Of a DNA stretch of 64,000 nucleotides, positions 1 through 11,271 are shown piece after piece. The notes below the pieces were generated by a model. That model saw only the letters and a list, made by a program, of their open reading frames with translations, was not told where the DNA came from and did not search any database. Source of the stretch: Cyanobacteria bacterium J007. Its GTDB lineage: Bacteria; Cyanobacteriota; Cyanobacteriia; Cyanobacteriales; Laspinemataceae. A program made the translations under genes and the position numbers. Positions within the stretch are counted from its first letter, which is position 1, and each line of letters starts with the position of its first letter. The DNA lies in assembly GCA_003695985.1 (NCBI GenBank), contig RFFV01000139.1, positions 8,669 through 72,668 of the forward strand, read 5' to 3'.

Positions 1-1850
1 ATTTGCACCCCCGCTTGAGACGCTTCGTAAAGCAAAGCGATAATCTTCGGATCGACCAAAGAATTCATTTTGGCGACGATGCGACCGCCATAGCCATTGC
101 GGGAATGTTCGATTTCCCGTTGAATCAGCGAACTCATGCGATCGCGCATATTCACCGGAGCCACCAACAACTTACGATAAGAACGCTGGCGAGAATATCC
201 CGTCAAGAAATTGAACAAATCGGTCAGATCCGCGCCCAAATCTTCACGACAGGTCAACAAACCCAAATCCGTGTACAACTTCGCCGTTTTCGGGTTGTAA
301 TTGCCCGTCCCGATATGGACGTAACGGCGGATCCCTTCATCTTCCCGGCGCACCACCATCGCGATTTTGGTATGAGTTTTGAGTCCGACCAACCCGTAAA
401 CCACGTGAACGCCGACTTTTTCTAACTTACGGGCCCAGAGGATATTATTTTCCTCGTCGAAACGGGCTTTGAGTTCGACCAACACCGCCACTTGCTTGCC
501 ATTTTCGGCGGCGGCAATTAAGGCATTGACGATCGGCGAATCTCCCGAAGTGCGATAAAGAGTCATTTTAATCGCCAAAACCGCCGGATCGTAAGCCGCT
601 TGGGTGATAAAACGCTGCACCGTGGCGGCGAACGACTGATAGGGATGGTGGAGGAGTAAATCCCGTTGGCGGATCAACCCAAAAATATCTTCCGCTTCTT
701 CGCCGTCGCGTTGGGACGGGTCGATTTCGACCTCTCCCAGGCGGCGGAAACGCGGGGGGATCACCGCAGACCAGGGGGGATCTTTGAGGTCGGGAAGGGG
801 TAAATCCATAAACCCCATCAAGTCTCGCAAGTTGAGGAGTCCTTCGACTTCGTAAATATCCTTATTGTCGAGGGACATTTCCCGGGCGACCATTTCGCGC
901 ACGGGTTCGGGCATATCGGACTGGATTTCCATGCGCACGACCGAACCGCCAAAACGGCGTTTGCGCAGTTCTTGTTCGATCGCCAGTAAGAGATCGTCCG
1001 CTTCATCTTCTTCGACCTCTAGGGAAGCGTTGCGGGTAATGCGGAAGGGATGGTATTCGAGAATATTCATGCCCGGAAACAGGGCTTCGAGGTTGTGGGC
1101 GATCACTTGTTCCAAAGCGACCCAGTGCCACTGTTTTTGTTTGTTCGAGGAATTGCCCGTGGCGTTGCGATCGCGAGGCGACTCCGTTCGCGAAGCGACT
1201 CCAAAAGAGTCAGACGTATCGCATTGTTGTTCGGGAATGGCGACGAAACGGGGCAGCACTTTCGGGACCTTGACCCGGGCGAACAGTTCTTCGTCGGTTT
1301 CCGGGTCTTTGATGACCACGGCTAAATTGAGGCTGAGATTGGAGATGTAGGGGAAAGGATGGCCCGGATCGACGGCGAGGGGGGTGAGGACCGGGAAGAT
1401 TTGCTCTTCAAAATAATGTTGCAGGTAGGTGCGCTGTTCTTGGTTGAGATCCATGTAGTCGAGGATGTGGATGCCGTGTTCCACGAGTAACGGGCGGATC
1501 TCTTGCTCGAAATGTCGGTGTTGTTCGGCGACCATCGGATGGAGGAGATCGCTGATATCGTCGAGTTGTTGTTGGGGAGTGCGTCCGTCCGGGGTCAGGG
1601 AAGAGACTTTGGCTTCGACTTGCTGTTTGAGTCCGGCGACGCGGACCATGAAGAATTCGTCGAGGTTGGAGCTAAAAATTGCTAAGAATTTGAGCCGTTC
1701 GAGTAAAGGCGTGCGCGAATCGAGGGCTTCGTGGAGGACGCGGTAGTTAAATTCAACCCAACTCAGTTCCCGGTTGAAGTAATATTGCGGATCTCGCAAA
1801 TTCAACTCGTCGCCCGTCGTTGCTTCTTTATTCTTTTTGGTTTTGGTCAT
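1..1850 (-). CDS. ppk: Polyphosphate kinase 1, partial. The start codon is at 1850; the 3' end runs off the left window edge.
   Basis: The reverse-strand translation from the ATG at 1848-1850 reads MTKTKKNKEATTGDELNLRDPQYYFNRELSWVEFNYRVLHEA...HTKIAMVVRRE..., a typical PPK1 N-terminus with PLD-like HxK motifs. The reading frame has no stop before the window edge, which is why it is absent from the ORF track. Confidence 0.85.
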   Translation of the reverse strand, partial: MTKTKKNKEATTGDELNLRDPQYYFNRELSWVEFNYRVLHEALDSRTPLLERLKFLAIFSSNLDEFFMVRVAGLKQQVEAKVSSLTPDGRTPQQQLDDISDLLHPMVAEQHRHFEQEIRPLLVEHGIHILDYMDLNQEQRTYLQHYFEEQIFPVLTPLAVDPGHPFPYISNLSLNLAVVIKDPETDEELFARVKVPKVLPRFVAIPEQQCDTSDSFGVASRTESPRDRNATGNSSNKQKQWHWVALEQVIAHNLEALFPGMNILEYHPFRITRNASLEVEEDEADDLLLAIEQELRKRRFGGSVVRMEIQSDMPEPVREMVAREMSLDNKDIYEVEGLLNLRDLMGFMDLPLPDLKDPPWSAVIPPRFRRLGEVEIDPSQRDGEEAEDIFGLIRQRDLLLHHPYQSFAATVQRFITQAAYDPAVLAIKMTLYRTSGDSPIVNALIAAAENGKQVAVLVELKARFDEENNILWARKLEKVGVHVVYGLVGLKTHTKIAMVVRREDEGIRRYVHIGTGNYNPKTAKLYTDLGLLTCREDLGADLTDLFNFLTGYSRQRSYRKLLVAPVNMRDRMSSLIQREIEHSRNGYGGRIVAKMNSLVDPKIIALLYEASQAGVQ

Positions 1851-1956
1851 GGTTCTATCGCAGGAAAGTAGAAGGGAGAAGTTCGGCGTTGAGGCGATGG
1901 GGTGGGGAATGCGATCGCCCCGACGTAGGCTTCGGAATTAAAGAGGATTAGGAGGA

Positions 1957-2169
1957 TTAGGGGCCAAAGGCTTCGTCTTCGATTCCGACCCACCATTCGC
2001 CCAGGTTCATCAAGTCCTGGTGAATGTCCGCGAGGGCTTGGGAATATTGTTCCGGGGAGAGACGATCTCGATTTTCCTTAAGTTTTTGCAAGCGTAGTTG
2101 CACTAACAGCCAGGGTTTGCTGGCGCTGTTAGTGGATTCGAGATACTGGGCGATCGCTCGACTATCCAT
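1957..2169 (-). CDS. Small hypothetical protein, 70 aa.
   Basis: ORF-track entry lying between ppk and the histidine kinase on the same strand. It has no overlap with other genes and no recognisable domain. Confidence 0.35.
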   Translation of the reverse strand: MDSRAIAQYLESTNSASKPWLLVQLRLQKLKENRDRLSPEQYSQALADIHQDLMNLGEWWVGIEDEAFGP

Positions 2170-2201
2170 GTCCTGAAAGCATAAAAGGATCTGGGATTAT
2201 C

Positions 2202-5200
2202 TTACGAGCTTCTTTCCTCCAATAGAGCCTCTTTAACCCGTTCCCATTCGGCGCGCAAGCGAGGCTCGAACTCCGAAACGGTCTCGGGGAGGGCAACCCC
2301 CGCCTCGACACAATGGCGGGCGATGCTTTCTAAATCTTTACCGATCCGAGCTAAGGTTTGAGCGCCGAAGGTGGCACTGGTAGACTTAATCGTATGAGCG
2401 GCTAACTGTAGTCGGGGGATATCGGCAGAGGAGATCGCCGTCCCCACATCCGTCAACCGTTGGGGCAGATCTTTGAGATAACTGTCGATCGCATCGATCA
2501 GCCCTTCGGGGTCGTCTTCTCCGACCAGTTCTTTCAAATTACTCAATCCTTTAGGATCGAGAGCGGGTTCGAGGGTTGGAGTGTCATTCGTTTCCATCGT
2601 TTGGGGGGGTTCCGTCGTCGTTGCTAGCACAGTTTGCGGCGTGGTTTGCGCGCCGTTTTGCGCGATCGCCATCTCGCATCGACCCAGCACCGCACTCAAC
2701 GCCTCGATCCGGATCGGCTTGCTCAAATAATCGTCCATCCCCGCATTCAAACACAACTCGCGATCGCCTTGCATCGCATTCGCCGTCATCGCCACGATCC
2801 ACGGTCGTCCCACCGGAGAAACATCCTTGCGTTGGCCCCACTGCTCGCAAATGCGCCGGGTCGCTTCCAGACCGTCCATTTCCGGCATCTGCACGTCCAT
2901 CAGCACCACGTCGTAACTCTGACGCTCCAAGGCTTGCAGCACTTCCACCCCATTCGCCGCCACGTCGGCGCGATACCCGAGGCGCTGCAAAATCCGCAAG
3001 GCCACTTTCTGATTGACGACATTATCTTCCGCCAAGAGAATGCGTAAATTGTTCTCGATGGGGGTGGATGCGGTGGGAGGAGGGGAACTGCGAGGCTTGG
3101 CGGGAATCGAAATCCTCGAAAAAATCCGCACTAAAACATCGTAGAGCTGGGATTGTTTGATCGGCTTGTTGAGAAACGCCGCAAAACCGAGCTCGGAGGT
3201 TTTGAAATCTTTCGCTTGTTTGCCGATCGAAGTGAGCATGACCAGGGGAAGTTGCCGTCCTTTCTCGTGGGTGCGGATGGCACTAGCGAGGGCGAGTCCG
3301 TCCATTTCCGGCATTTGCATGTCGAGAATCGCCAGATCGAAATCGTTGTTTTCCGCGTTAGAAAACAACGCCAGCGCCTCGAAGCCGGAGGACACCGCCT
3401 GGGTTACCATCCCCCAAGAACGGCCTTGTAAGGTTAAAATCTTGCGATTGGTGGCATTGTCGTCCACGATTAACAAGCGTTTGCCTTCCAATTTCGGGGC
3501 TTTTCCAACGTCGATCGCCGGATCGACGTCGGTCGCTTCGGGAACGGCGATCGTAAACGAGAACGTCGAGCCGACCCCTTCTTCACTCTCGACCCACATC
3601 CTGCCGCCCATCATCTCGCACAAGCGCTTGCTAATCGCCAAACCCAATCCGGTGCCGCCATATTTACGGTCGATCGACGAATCCACCTGGGAGAAGGACT
3701 GGAACAGGCGATCGAGACGGTTTGTGGGAATGCCGATCCCGGTATCGCGCACGGAAAATTCGAGTTCGTAAATCGGGCTGACTTCTTCAGACAACCCGCG
3801 ATCGCACGCCCCCACGCCAACCGAGACGACCACTTCGCCGCGATCGGTAAATTTAATCGCATTACCGAGTAAGTTGACCAGAATTTGGCGCAGGCGGGTC
3901 ACGTCGCCGAGGATGCCGACGGGAACCTCGGGATCGACGTGGTAAGCGAGCTCCAACCCTTTTTCTATCCCTTGAGATGCGAGTAAATCGAGACATTCCT
4001 CGATGCAAATTCGCACATTAAACGGATGTCGTTCCAGTTCGAGTTTGCCCGATTCGATTTTAGAAAAGTCGAGGATGTCGTTGACGATCGTCAGCAGCGC
4101 ATCCCCACTGGTGCGGATGGTTTCGACGAAATCGCGCTGGTCGTGGGTCAAGTCCATATCCAATAACAAGCCCGTCATCCCGATTACCGCATTCATCGGC
4201 GTGCGGATTTCGTGGGTCATATTGGCGAGAAATTCGCTCTTGGCGCGATTGGCGGCTTCGGCGGCGCGTCGGGCTTCTTCTAAGGCGGTATTTTGGGCGG
4301 CCACTTGCTCGCGGGCGCGGGTTTCTTGTTCGAGCAAGTCGGCTTGAGCTAAGGCGATCCCGATTTGTTCGGCGACGGCTTCGAGGAGGTCGATTTCTTC
4401 CACGGTCCAGCGTCGGAAGCGATCGCACTGGTGCAAGCCGATCAGACCGTTGGGTTCGTTTTTATAGGAGGTTCGCACCGAGAGCATCGATTTGACCTGC
4501 AGTTGCTCTAATAACGGCTCAAATCCTTTAAATAGGGGTTCGCTGTAAACGTCGGTGGCGGCGATCGCGCGATCGCCGCCCAACACTTTTTGAGCGTGAG
4601 CGTTGTCGGTGACCGGAACTTCGGTGCCGAGTAACGAGCTGTATTCCGGTTCCAAATATTGCGCCACTAAGGGCATCGTCGGTTGCGGTTGCTCGACATA
4701 GGTATGAAGGAGACAACGATTGACGCCGAAGGTTCGACCGATTTGGGTGACCGCAATTTGAAAGATCTGCTCGGCGTCGAGACTTTGGCGAATTTCTCGG
4801 GTAATTTGACCGAGTAAGACGCTGCGTTTCAACTGGCGCTGGAGGGCGCTTTCGGCGCTGTTGCGTTCGATTTCGCTGCCTACCCACTGGGCCATCAAGC
4901 GCAGCAATTCGCGATCGACCGCTCGGAATTTCTGGGTTCGGGGATGACGGCTGACGAAGCTCAAGGTACCGTATACTCTGCCGCCGACGAGGATTCGCAT
5001 TCCCGCGTAAGCTTGCCAACCGCGCAGGCGACAGGCGGGGTGTTCCCCCCATTCGCAATCGGCGGCGGATTCGATAATGTTCGGTTCGGCAGCATAAATA
5101 GTGCTGCTGCAATAGGTCAGCTCTAAGTTGAAGGCGTCCCCTTTGACCGGGCGGATCGGGCTTTCTGGGGTGACCCAGGCGGCGATGACTTCGTAATAGA

Positions 5201-8183
5201 CGTTGGTAAGGCGTTCGCCCGAGGCGATCCGGCTCCCTTCTCCTTGATTGCCGAATTCCCCGGCGTCTACACAGCCCACTAAGCCGATTTCCGCGTCAAA
5301 CCGACGGCACCCCATTTCTAGCAGTTGGGTCAGTCGCGCGTCAAAATCGAGATCGGCAGAAGCGGTCACGGTGTAGAGGGCGCGAATGGCGGCTTCGCTT
5401 TCTTGCAGGGACTCGATCAGGTGCAGTTTTTCCGCTTCGGCTTGTTTGCGTTCGGTGATGTCGTTGAGGGTGCCACTGGTGCCGTTCATTTGCCCGTTCT
5501 CGTCGCGCATTGCCTGGGCGAATACCTGGAACCAGCGCACGTTACCGTCTTTGGTCAGGTAGCGCAATTCGGCTTGACAGGTGTCTTTTTGGCCGAGGTT
5601 GAGAGCTTCTAAATGGGCGATCGCGATCGGGCGATCGTCGGGATGCAAGTAATCGACGCACGATTGACCCAGACTTTCCTCAACACTGAAGCCGAGACTG
5701 GCGGACCAAGCGGGATTGAGAAAGGTCCAACATCCGCCCGCGTCGGTTTGAAAGATTGTTTCTTCGATCGTGTTGACGACGGAGCGATATTTTTCTTCGC
5801 TTTGGGCGAGCGCTTGTTCCATCGATTTGCGATCGCTGATGTCGGTAATCGTACCGACATAGCCTTCGATCTCGCCGTTGGCGTCGATTTCGGCGATCGC
5901 CTGTCCGATGACCCAACTGATGCTCCCATCGGCGCGTAAAAACCGATATTCGCTCTTGAACGGCTCGTTTTTGGCGACGGACTCGAACCAGTCTCGGAAA
6001 ACGCGATCGCGATCGTCCGGATGCAAGGATTTTGCCCATCCTTCCCTTAGTGCGTCTTCTAAACTCAATCCGGTAATGTCTTGCCAGCGTTGGTTGACAT
6101 AAAGACAGTTACCCTCGGCGTCGGTGCGGAAGATACACACGGGCGAGGCTTCGCTGAGGTTTTGATAGCGCCGTTCGCTTTCCCGTAGGGCTTGTTGGGC
6201 GTGGCGGCGTTCGGTAATATCTTCGACGGTGGCGATCGCCAGATGCGGCTGTCCTTGGGCGTCGCGCACGATCGAAACGGTCAGGTTGCACCAAATTATC
6301 TCGCCGTCTTTACAGATATAGCGTTTTTCCAGTTGGTAGCGATCGCGGGTTCCGGCGCCGATCTCGGCAAATAACGGTTTTTCGAGTTCGAGATCTTCGG
6401 GATGGGTAAACTCTTCATAGCCCATGTTGGCGAGTTCGGTTTCGCTGTAGCCGAGCATTTCTTGAAACGCCGGATTCGATTGCAAAATCCGCCCGTCTTC
6501 CAAGTTACCCAAGACGATGCCGATTCCGGTTCCTTCGACGATCGCCCGCAAGTGGGCTTCGCGTTCTTCCAAAGACATGATTAACTGGTTTTTTTCTGCT
6601 TCCATTCGTTTGCGTTGGGTGATATCTTGGGTCAGCACCATTCCCGCGAAGATACTGCCGTGTTCGTCGCGCACGGGTAAGGTTCGGGTCAGGTAAATGC
6701 GATCGGTATATTCGATTTCGTTGGTAATTGTTTCTCCGCCAAGGGCTTTGCAGTAATCATCGACCACCGCCTCGCAGGTTTCCCGGGGGAAGACTTCCCA
6801 AATCGTTTTGCCCTCCATTTGCTCTTTCGACAGACCCACGGTTTCTAAACCTTGTCCGTCCACGAGCAGGTAGCGCAAATCGCGATCGAACAAGACCACG
6901 GCCCCTTCGGGAAAATTGCGGGTAAAGGTACGATACAGTTGTTCGCTTTCGCGCAAGGCGGTTTCGACGCGCTGGCGATCGCCAATTTCTCGCTTGAGTT
7001 CGGCGTTGGCGATTTCGAGTTGGGCGGTGCGTTCGCGGACCCGATTTTCTAACTCGGTGGTGAGTTTTTCGATTTCGGCTTCGGCTTTTTTACGTTCGGT
7101 AATTTCTTCGACCGTACCGATAACGCACTCCGGAATCCCTTCGTGATTTTTGATGTTGGAAACAATCAGACGAACGGGAATAATTTCTCCGGTTTTACGA
7201 ACGTAGCGTTTCTCGATCTGATAGCTTTTGCGCGCTCCTTGCAACAGTTGACCGACGAGTTCTCGTTCTCGTTCTATATCTTCTTCGTAAGTGAATTTTG
7301 CAAACGAAATTCCTTCTAATTCGCTTTCGCTAAACCCAAGCATTTGTTGTAAGGCGGGGTTCGTTTTGCTGAGAATTCCTTCGACACTGGCGATCGCTAT
7401 CCCCAAGGCGGCTTCTTCAAAGAGGGTCCGAAATAACGATTCGCTCTGTCTCAATTCTTGTTCGATCCGTTGGCGCTCTCGGATCTCTTTTTCTAATTCC
7501 CGATTGCTCGCTTCGAGTTCGCCGGGACTCGGAAAGTCGAGGGCTTTCGCTTTGAAAAAGGCGATCGTTCCTACGGTGGCGACGGCGATCGTGGCGGCTC
7601 CTCCTTTAATTAACCCGGAAATCCAATCGATCGAATACCATAAATTCCATGCCTCGATAAAGTGGACGATCGCTTGAGAAATGATCAAGGCTCCCAAACA
7701 TAAAACCATCCGCTTGTAAGGTAAGTCTTGCCGTCGGCGCATGAAGTCAATTAACAGGACGGCGATCGCCAAATAAGCTAACCCCACGACGATTTCCGAC
7801 CCTTCGTGTAACCCAATAGAAGCCCATTGTCCGGTGTCGCTTCCTATCTGGGCGATCGCGAAGCGGCTCCCTTGGAGCATCGCCGCCAGCAACCCGGGCC
7901 AATGTCCTAGAATTATTGCAAGGGTCGTGGGGGGTAACTCAAACATTCCGGGAGACATGGGTTTTAAGGATTGAGAGAAAGGAGATGCAAGCAGCGCTTG
8001 TCTCGGCGTCAAACACCTCAGCAACGTACCGATGGGTAGAGCCGTCAAAATCGGGCGATCGCCCTTACGGGTGATGTTACCGACGAGCATTGATGCGATT
8101 TGCACTCTCTCCCACTTTAGCTTGAGTGCGCCGGACGAACCTCCCCAAAAATACCCATCCGGTTTTACGCAGATCCTCCGCAA
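2202..8183 (-). CDS. Very large hybrid sensor histidine kinase with two receiver domains and a C-terminal HPt domain. 8183 gives the longest ORF; internal ATGs at 7958 or 8090 are alternative starts.
   Basis: 1993-aa ORF. Domain order: membrane-spanning N-terminus, coiled coil, multiple PAS and GAF repeats, HisKA H-box ([25 protein letters not shown]), HATPase_c, REC1 ([10 protein letters not shown]...DMQMPEMDG), REC2 ([13 protein letters not shown]...DVQMPEMDG), and HPt ([13 protein letters not shown]). Confidence 0.9.
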   Translation of the reverse strand: MRRICVKPDGYFWGGSSGALKLKWERVQIASMLVGNITRKGDRPILTALPIGTLLRCLTPRQALLASPFSQSLKPMSPGMFELPPTTLAIILGHWPGLLAAMLQGSRFAIAQIGSDTGQWASIGLHEGSEIVVGLAYLAIAVLLIDFMRRRQDLPYKRMVLCLGALIISQAIVHFIEAWNLWYSIDWISGLIKGGAATIAVATVGTIAFFKAKALDFPSPGELEASNRELEKEIRERQRIEQELRQSESLFRTLFEEAALGIAIASVEGILSKTNPALQQMLGFSESELEGISFAKFTYEEDIERERELVGQLLQGARKSYQIEKRYVRKTGEIIPVRLIVSNIKNHEGIPECVIGTVEEITERKKAEAEIEKLTTELENRVRERTAQLEIANAELKREIGDRQRVETALRESEQLYRTFTRNFPEGAVVLFDRDLRYLLVDGQGLETVGLSKEQMEGKTIWEVFPRETCEAVVDDYCKALGGETITNEIEYTDRIYLTRTLPVRDEHGSIFAGMVLTQDITQRKRMEAEKNQLIMSLEEREAHLRAIVEGTGIGIVLGNLEDGRILQSNPAFQEMLGYSETELANMGYEEFTHPEDLELEKPLFAEIGAGTRDRYQLEKRYICKDGEIIWCNLTVSIVRDAQGQPHLAIATVEDITERRHAQQALRESERRYQNLSEASPVCIFRTDAEGNCLYVNQRWQDITGLSLEDALREGWAKSLHPDDRDRVFRDWFESVAKNEPFKSEYRFLRADGSISWVIGQAIAEIDANGEIEGYVGTITDISDRKSMEQALAQSEEKYRSVVNTIEETIFQTDAGGCWTFLNPAWSASLGFSVEESLGQSCVDYLHPDDRPIAIAHLEALNLGQKDTCQAELRYLTKDGNVRWFQVFAQAMRDENGQMNGTSGTLNDITERKQAEAEKLHLIESLQESEAAIRALYTVTASADLDFDARLTQLLEMGCRRFDAEIGLVGCVDAGEFGNQGEGSRIASGERLTNVYYEVIAAWVTPESPIRPVKGDAFNLELTYCSSTIYAAEPNIIESAADCEWGEHPACRLRGWQAYAGMRILVGGRVYGTLSFVSRHPRTQKFRAVDRELLRLMAQWVGSEIERNSAESALQRQLKRSVLLGQITREIRQSLDAEQIFQIAVTQIGRTFGVNRCLLHTYVEQPQPTMPLVAQYLEPEYSSLLGTEVPVTDNAHAQKVLGGDRAIAATDVYSEPLFKGFEPLLEQLQVKSMLSVRTSYKNEPNGLIGLHQCDRFRRWTVEEIDLLEAVAEQIGIALAQADLLEQETRAREQVAAQNTALEEARRAAEAANRAKSEFLANMTHEIRTPMNAVIGMTGLLLDMDLTHDQRDFVETIRTSGDALLTIVNDILDFSKIESGKLELERHPFNVRICIEECLDLLASQGIEKGLELAYHVDPEVPVGILGDVTRLRQILVNLLGNAIKFTDRGEVVVSVGVGACDRGLSEEVSPIYELEFSVRDTGIGIPTNRLDRLFQSFSQVDSSIDRKYGGTGLGLAISKRLCEMMGGRMWVESEEGVGSTFSFTIAVPEATDVDPAIDVGKAPKLEGKRLLIVDDNATNRKILTLQGRSWGMVTQAVSSGFEALALFSNAENNDFDLAILDMQMPEMDGLALASAIRTHEKGRQLPLVMLTSIGKQAKDFKTSELGFAAFLNKPIKQSQLYDVLVRIFSRISIPAKPRSSPPPTASTPIENNLRILLAEDNVVNQKVALRILQRLGYRADVAANGVEVLQALERQSYDVVLMDVQMPEMDGLEATRRICEQWGQRKDVSPVGRPWIVAMTANAMQGDRELCLNAGMDDYLSKPIRIEALSAVLGRCEMAIAQNGAQTTPQTVLATTTEPPQTMETNDTPTLEPALDPKGLSNLKELVGEDDPEGLIDAIDSYLKDLPQRLTDVGTAISSADIPRLQLAAHTIKSTSATFGAQTLARIGKDLESIARHCVEAGVALPETVSEFEPRLRAEWERVKEALLEERSS

Positions 8184-8274
8184 TTCCTACATTCGAGAGA
8201 TTCTGCGCGATCGCCCCGAGGGCTCTTATCCTTTACAATCGCGATCGATCTGTCTAAACCCAAGGAGTCAAACG

Positions 8275-8535
8275 ATGCCCGATTCGATTATGTATCAACA
8301 AGAAGAACACTATGTCGTTCTCGAAGCCGATCGCCCGGAAGAATTTCTCAGCGCCCCGGAACTTTTAGCAAAATTGTCCGCGATTTTAACGCGCCGTCAA
8401 GATGATTTACCCCGAGAACTTCAGAAGTTCTCAACCGTAGCAGAACAAGCTCGCTATTTACTCGAAAATCATTGCGAATTTGATGTCGCCCCCGGTCATT
8501 TTCTCCAGTGGTATGTGGTGCGTTTGGAAAAATAG
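8275..8535 (+). CDS. Hypothetical protein, 86 aa.
   Basis: ATG at 8275 is preceded by a strong SD (AAGGAG, 8262-8267). The longer ORF from 8032 would overlap the kinase N-terminus, so I chose the internal start. No recognisable domain. Confidence 0.5.
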   Translation: MPDSIMYQQEEHYVVLEADRPEEFLSAPELLAKLSAILTRRQDDLPRELQKFSTVAEQARYLLENHCEFDVAPGHFLQWYVVRLEK

Positions 8536-8683
8536 GCGGCAACAGGAACAGAGGCGATCGAGGCGACAGAAGCAAGAGACGCGATCGCCCATTTTTGGGT
8601 TGATGGTTGCCCTCCCGATCTTCGCCGGGAGTCAACCACCAACTCATTCAATCCGTGCAGGAAAGCTAAAAATCACCCAACTT

Positions 8684-9241
8684 TTAAGCCGCGTCGTCGG
8701 CGATCGCAATTAAAGCCACCTCAATTCGACCTTTGCGGACTTCACTGAGGCGCGATCGCACCCCCGGACCGAAAAACTTTTCGATTTTTTCCTGCTTTTC
8801 CTGCCACGTTTCTAAGGCCAAATTGGGCGAATCAAACTCTAAAATGAGTGCATAATTCCCCTCGATCGCCTCTTCCCGAATTCCCTCCAGAACCGGACAA
8901 ACTTCGTCGTTCGGACTCAACCCCAACCGTTCGAGCGCCTCTTCGAGATGAACCTTCTGACCGTACCGATAACGGCTGACATCCTTGCGAATTTGATTTT
9001 GAATCGGCGTCGCTTGTCGTTCCCGTAAGGCGATCGTTTCCTCAGAACTCGCTTGAGTCAACGGCGTCGGTTCCAATTCCGCCGCCTTCAGAGCCAACCC
9101 ACCCAGTAACACCGGAATTCCATAGAAAAACCCCGCTAAATTCAACGTGGCATTGTCATTGAAATACGCCACAAAACCGACGACGGTTAAAACGCCACCG
9201 ACACCCAACGCCAACAGCGCTAAAGAAAGATTGCGTAACAT
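8684..9241 (-). CDS. Hypothetical membrane protein with two N-terminal TM helices, possibly a cyanobacterial DUF-type protein.
   Basis: ORF 8684..9319. The internal ATG at 9241 (MLRNLSLALLALGVGGVLTVVGF...) starts directly with the hydrophobic helices and is a plausible alternative start. Confidence 0.5.
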   Translation of the reverse strand: MLRNLSLALLALGVGGVLTVVGFVAYFNDNATLNLAGFFYGIPVLLGGLALKAAELEPTPLTQASSEETIALRERQATPIQNQIRKDVSRYRYGQKVHLEEALERLGLSPNDEVCPVLEGIREEAIEGNYALILEFDSPNLALETWQEKQEKIEKFFGPGVRSRLSEVRKGRIEVALIAIADDAA

Positions 9242-9490
9242 GATCGCTTTGCTAGATGTTCTCTTTAATTGTCCCTTGTCACGAGCCGTTGGGGGGAAGG
9301 AGCCGAAGACAAGAAGCAAAAATCCATCTCCATCGGTATCGTCAACTGTGGCGCGGTTATTTTGCCCGCCGCTTCCCCATTCCTCTAGAATGCAGGAACT
9401 ACAGACATCTTTATCGATTTAAACCCCATTTTCTGAGCAATTGCGCTAAATTTTAGCAAATAAATACTTTAAAAACCAATTTTTTACTTT

Positions 9491-9524
9491 AAATCTAAAC
9501 TCTAAACTCTAAACTCCAAACTCC
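9491..9524. repeat. Heptamer tandem repeat (TAAACTC, four units).
   Basis: aaatctaaactctaaactctaaactccaaactcc, upstream of the Hsp70-like gene. Confidence 0.6.
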
Positions 9525-9611
9525 CCACCCCCGTCAAGATCGCCTTGAGATAATGTAGAAATAGCTTAGTCGCCTTGTCTCCACTCGAAAATCTCAATAC
9601 TGAACTGCTCC

Positions 9612-11210
9612 ATGTCCGGGTACAAAATCGGCCTCGATTTCGGGACGACGAACTCGATTATTTCTTATTTCACCTCCTCCGCCGAAGTAGAAGCCTTTCA
9701 ATATGGCGGTCCCGACGGTCGCCGCTATATTCCCTCGTTTATCGGCTACGACGAGGAATTTGTCGAAATTGGCACCGCCGCGCGGACTCTCGCCGCCAAT
9801 CACGGGGATGTGGAAACTTACGGCAATTTTAAAATGCGCTTGCCCATTCCCGCCGATCGATTGCCGGAGTACATTCGCCACGATCGCACCCCCGCCAGCG
9901 TCACTACGGATTACTTGCGCGAACTGCTCGTTTCTGAGGAAAATCCTTACAGTTTTTGCAAACAACAAGGGGAAATCTCCGGTCTGGTGGTCTCGGTTCC
10001 CGAAATTTGGCAGCGCGATCTTTACAATCGCGGACGAGAATTGTTAAAACAGGCGATCGCCGCTCTCGATTTGCCCCTCATTCAATTGGTCAGCGAACCC
10101 GTCGCCGCCGCCGCTTACTATACTTGGGACATGCAACGACGGGCAAAAGATGCGGGAGATGAGAGTTTTTCGGGAAATCTCCTCGTGTGCGATATGGGTG
10201 GCGGTACGTTTGATGTGAGTTTATGCCGAATTTACGGGGAACAAAAAGTCGATGTCCTCTATTTTGACGGACAGGGCGATCGCGGTCTCGAATCCGCCGG
10301 GGTAGCTTTCGATCGCCGTTGCGTGCAAGCAGCTTACAAGGCAAAGCACGACTCGACCCTCGACGAAAACGACCCGGAATTCCTGCGCCTGTTACGGGAA
10401 TTTGAAACGGTCAAAATCGGCTCTCACGCCCGCGTGACGCGATACCTCACAAATGCCGTGTGCGAGCCGGAAATTTACGGCGATCGCCAGATTTACGTGT
10501 TTGCCGGGGGGTATTCCCTCAATTTCGCACAAGTGTGCGAGGCATTCGCACCGATCGCCGCCGGAATTACCGCAGTCATCGAACGAGTCCGAACCTGGAT
10601 CGCCGAACGACAACAGACGATCGATCGCGTCTTCCTCGTCGGCGGTTTTTCTCAGTTTTTCCTCGTCCGACGGGCGATCGCCTCAGCCTTACAATTCGCT
10701 ACAGACGATCCCCGTCTCGACGCAACCTTTAACCTCACCCACAGCGCTTATGCGATCTCCTACGGCGCCTGTTTGATCGCCAACGATCGCGTCCAACCCA
10801 GCGAAAAATATCTGCACAATCTCGGGATCGTGGTCGATACCATCGACGCCAACGCCGAACGCCAACGCCGCGCGATCGAAATTATCAAAGGTGGCACCCG
10901 CTTGGAAGAGTTATCTCAACCCCAATTTGCCGATATTCCCCCCTTAGTGACCTTTCAACAAGATGCACCCTTGACCCTCACCCTCTGGGTAGACCCCCAA
11001 GGAAAAGGCGTCTTGGTCGAAGAATCCTTACCGGAGATGGTGAAGTTACCGAGTTATTCTCCAGAGGATAAATGGCGGGTGGGAATGCGCGTCGATCGCT
11101 CTCAAATTGCTTATTTAACCATTGAAGAAGTTCGCGGGGAAAAACGAGTGGAATATGAGTTAGGCAATGTTTTAGCGAAAATGTTTCCCGGTTTCGTGTT
11201 AATTGAATAA
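9612..11210 (+). CDS. Hsp70-family (actin-fold) ATPase, non-canonical. It lacks the typical DnaK substrate-binding domain.
   Basis: 532 aa. N-terminus IGLDFGTTNS matches the Hsp70 phosphate-1 motif; CDMGGGTFDVSL matches the Hsp70 signature DLGGGTFD; the connect-2 motif is LVGGFSQ. Confidence 0.8.
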   Translation: MSGYKIGLDFGTTNSIISYFTSSAEVEAFQYGGPDGRRYIPSFIGYDEEFVEIGTAARTLAANHGDVETYGNFKMRLPIPADRLPEYIRHDRTPASVTTDYLRELLVSEENPYSFCKQQGEISGLVVSVPEIWQRDLYNRGRELLKQAIAALDLPLIQLVSEPVAAAAYYTWDMQRRAKDAGDESFSGNLLVCDMGGGTFDVSLCRIYGEQKVDVLYFDGQGDRGLESAGVAFDRRCVQAAYKAKHDSTLDENDPEFLRLLREFETVKIGSHARVTRYLTNAVCEPEIYGDRQIYVFAGGYSLNFAQVCEAFAPIAAGITAVIERVRTWIAERQQTIDRVFLVGGFSQFFLVRRAIASALQFATDDPRLDATFNLTHSAYAISYGACLIANDRVQPSEKYLHNLGIVVDTIDANAERQRRAIEIIKGGTRLEELSQPQFADIPPLVTFQQDAPLTLTLWVDPQGKGVLVEESLPEMVKLPSYSPEDKWRVGMRVDRSQIAYLTIEEVRGEKRVEYELGNVLAKMFPGFVLIE

Positions 11211-11216
11211 TGGAAA

Positions 11217-11236
11217 TTTTAGATTTTAGATTTTAG
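11217..11236. repeat. Heptamer tandem repeat (TTTAGAT, three units).
   Basis: ttttagattttagattttag, in the spacer between the Hsp70-like gene and its coiled-coil partner. Confidence 0.6.
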
Positions 11237-11271
11237 GGTGAAGAGAGAAGCCCGCGCTCTATTGCGTAGCA

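Noticed and set aside
3-1350. Plus-strand ORFs (3..425, 865..1350, 1050..1325) at the left end of the window.
   Set aside because: They lie antisense inside the polyphosphate kinase reading frame, which runs uninterrupted to the window edge, and they have no domain signal.
2576-7677. Numerous 60-200-aa ORFs on both strands inside the histidine-kinase gene.
   Set aside because: They are fully overlapped by a 1993-aa ORF that carries a continuous series of recognisable signalling domains. GC-rich DNA spawns antisense ORFs.
9612-9615. An apparent 1-nt discrepancy between my manual position count and the ORF-track start of the Hsp70-like gene.
   Set aside because: It is most likely a counting slip on my part when reading the 10-mer blocks. 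ORF-track coordinates verified correctly at other loci (8032, 8275, 57279), so the track is used as given.
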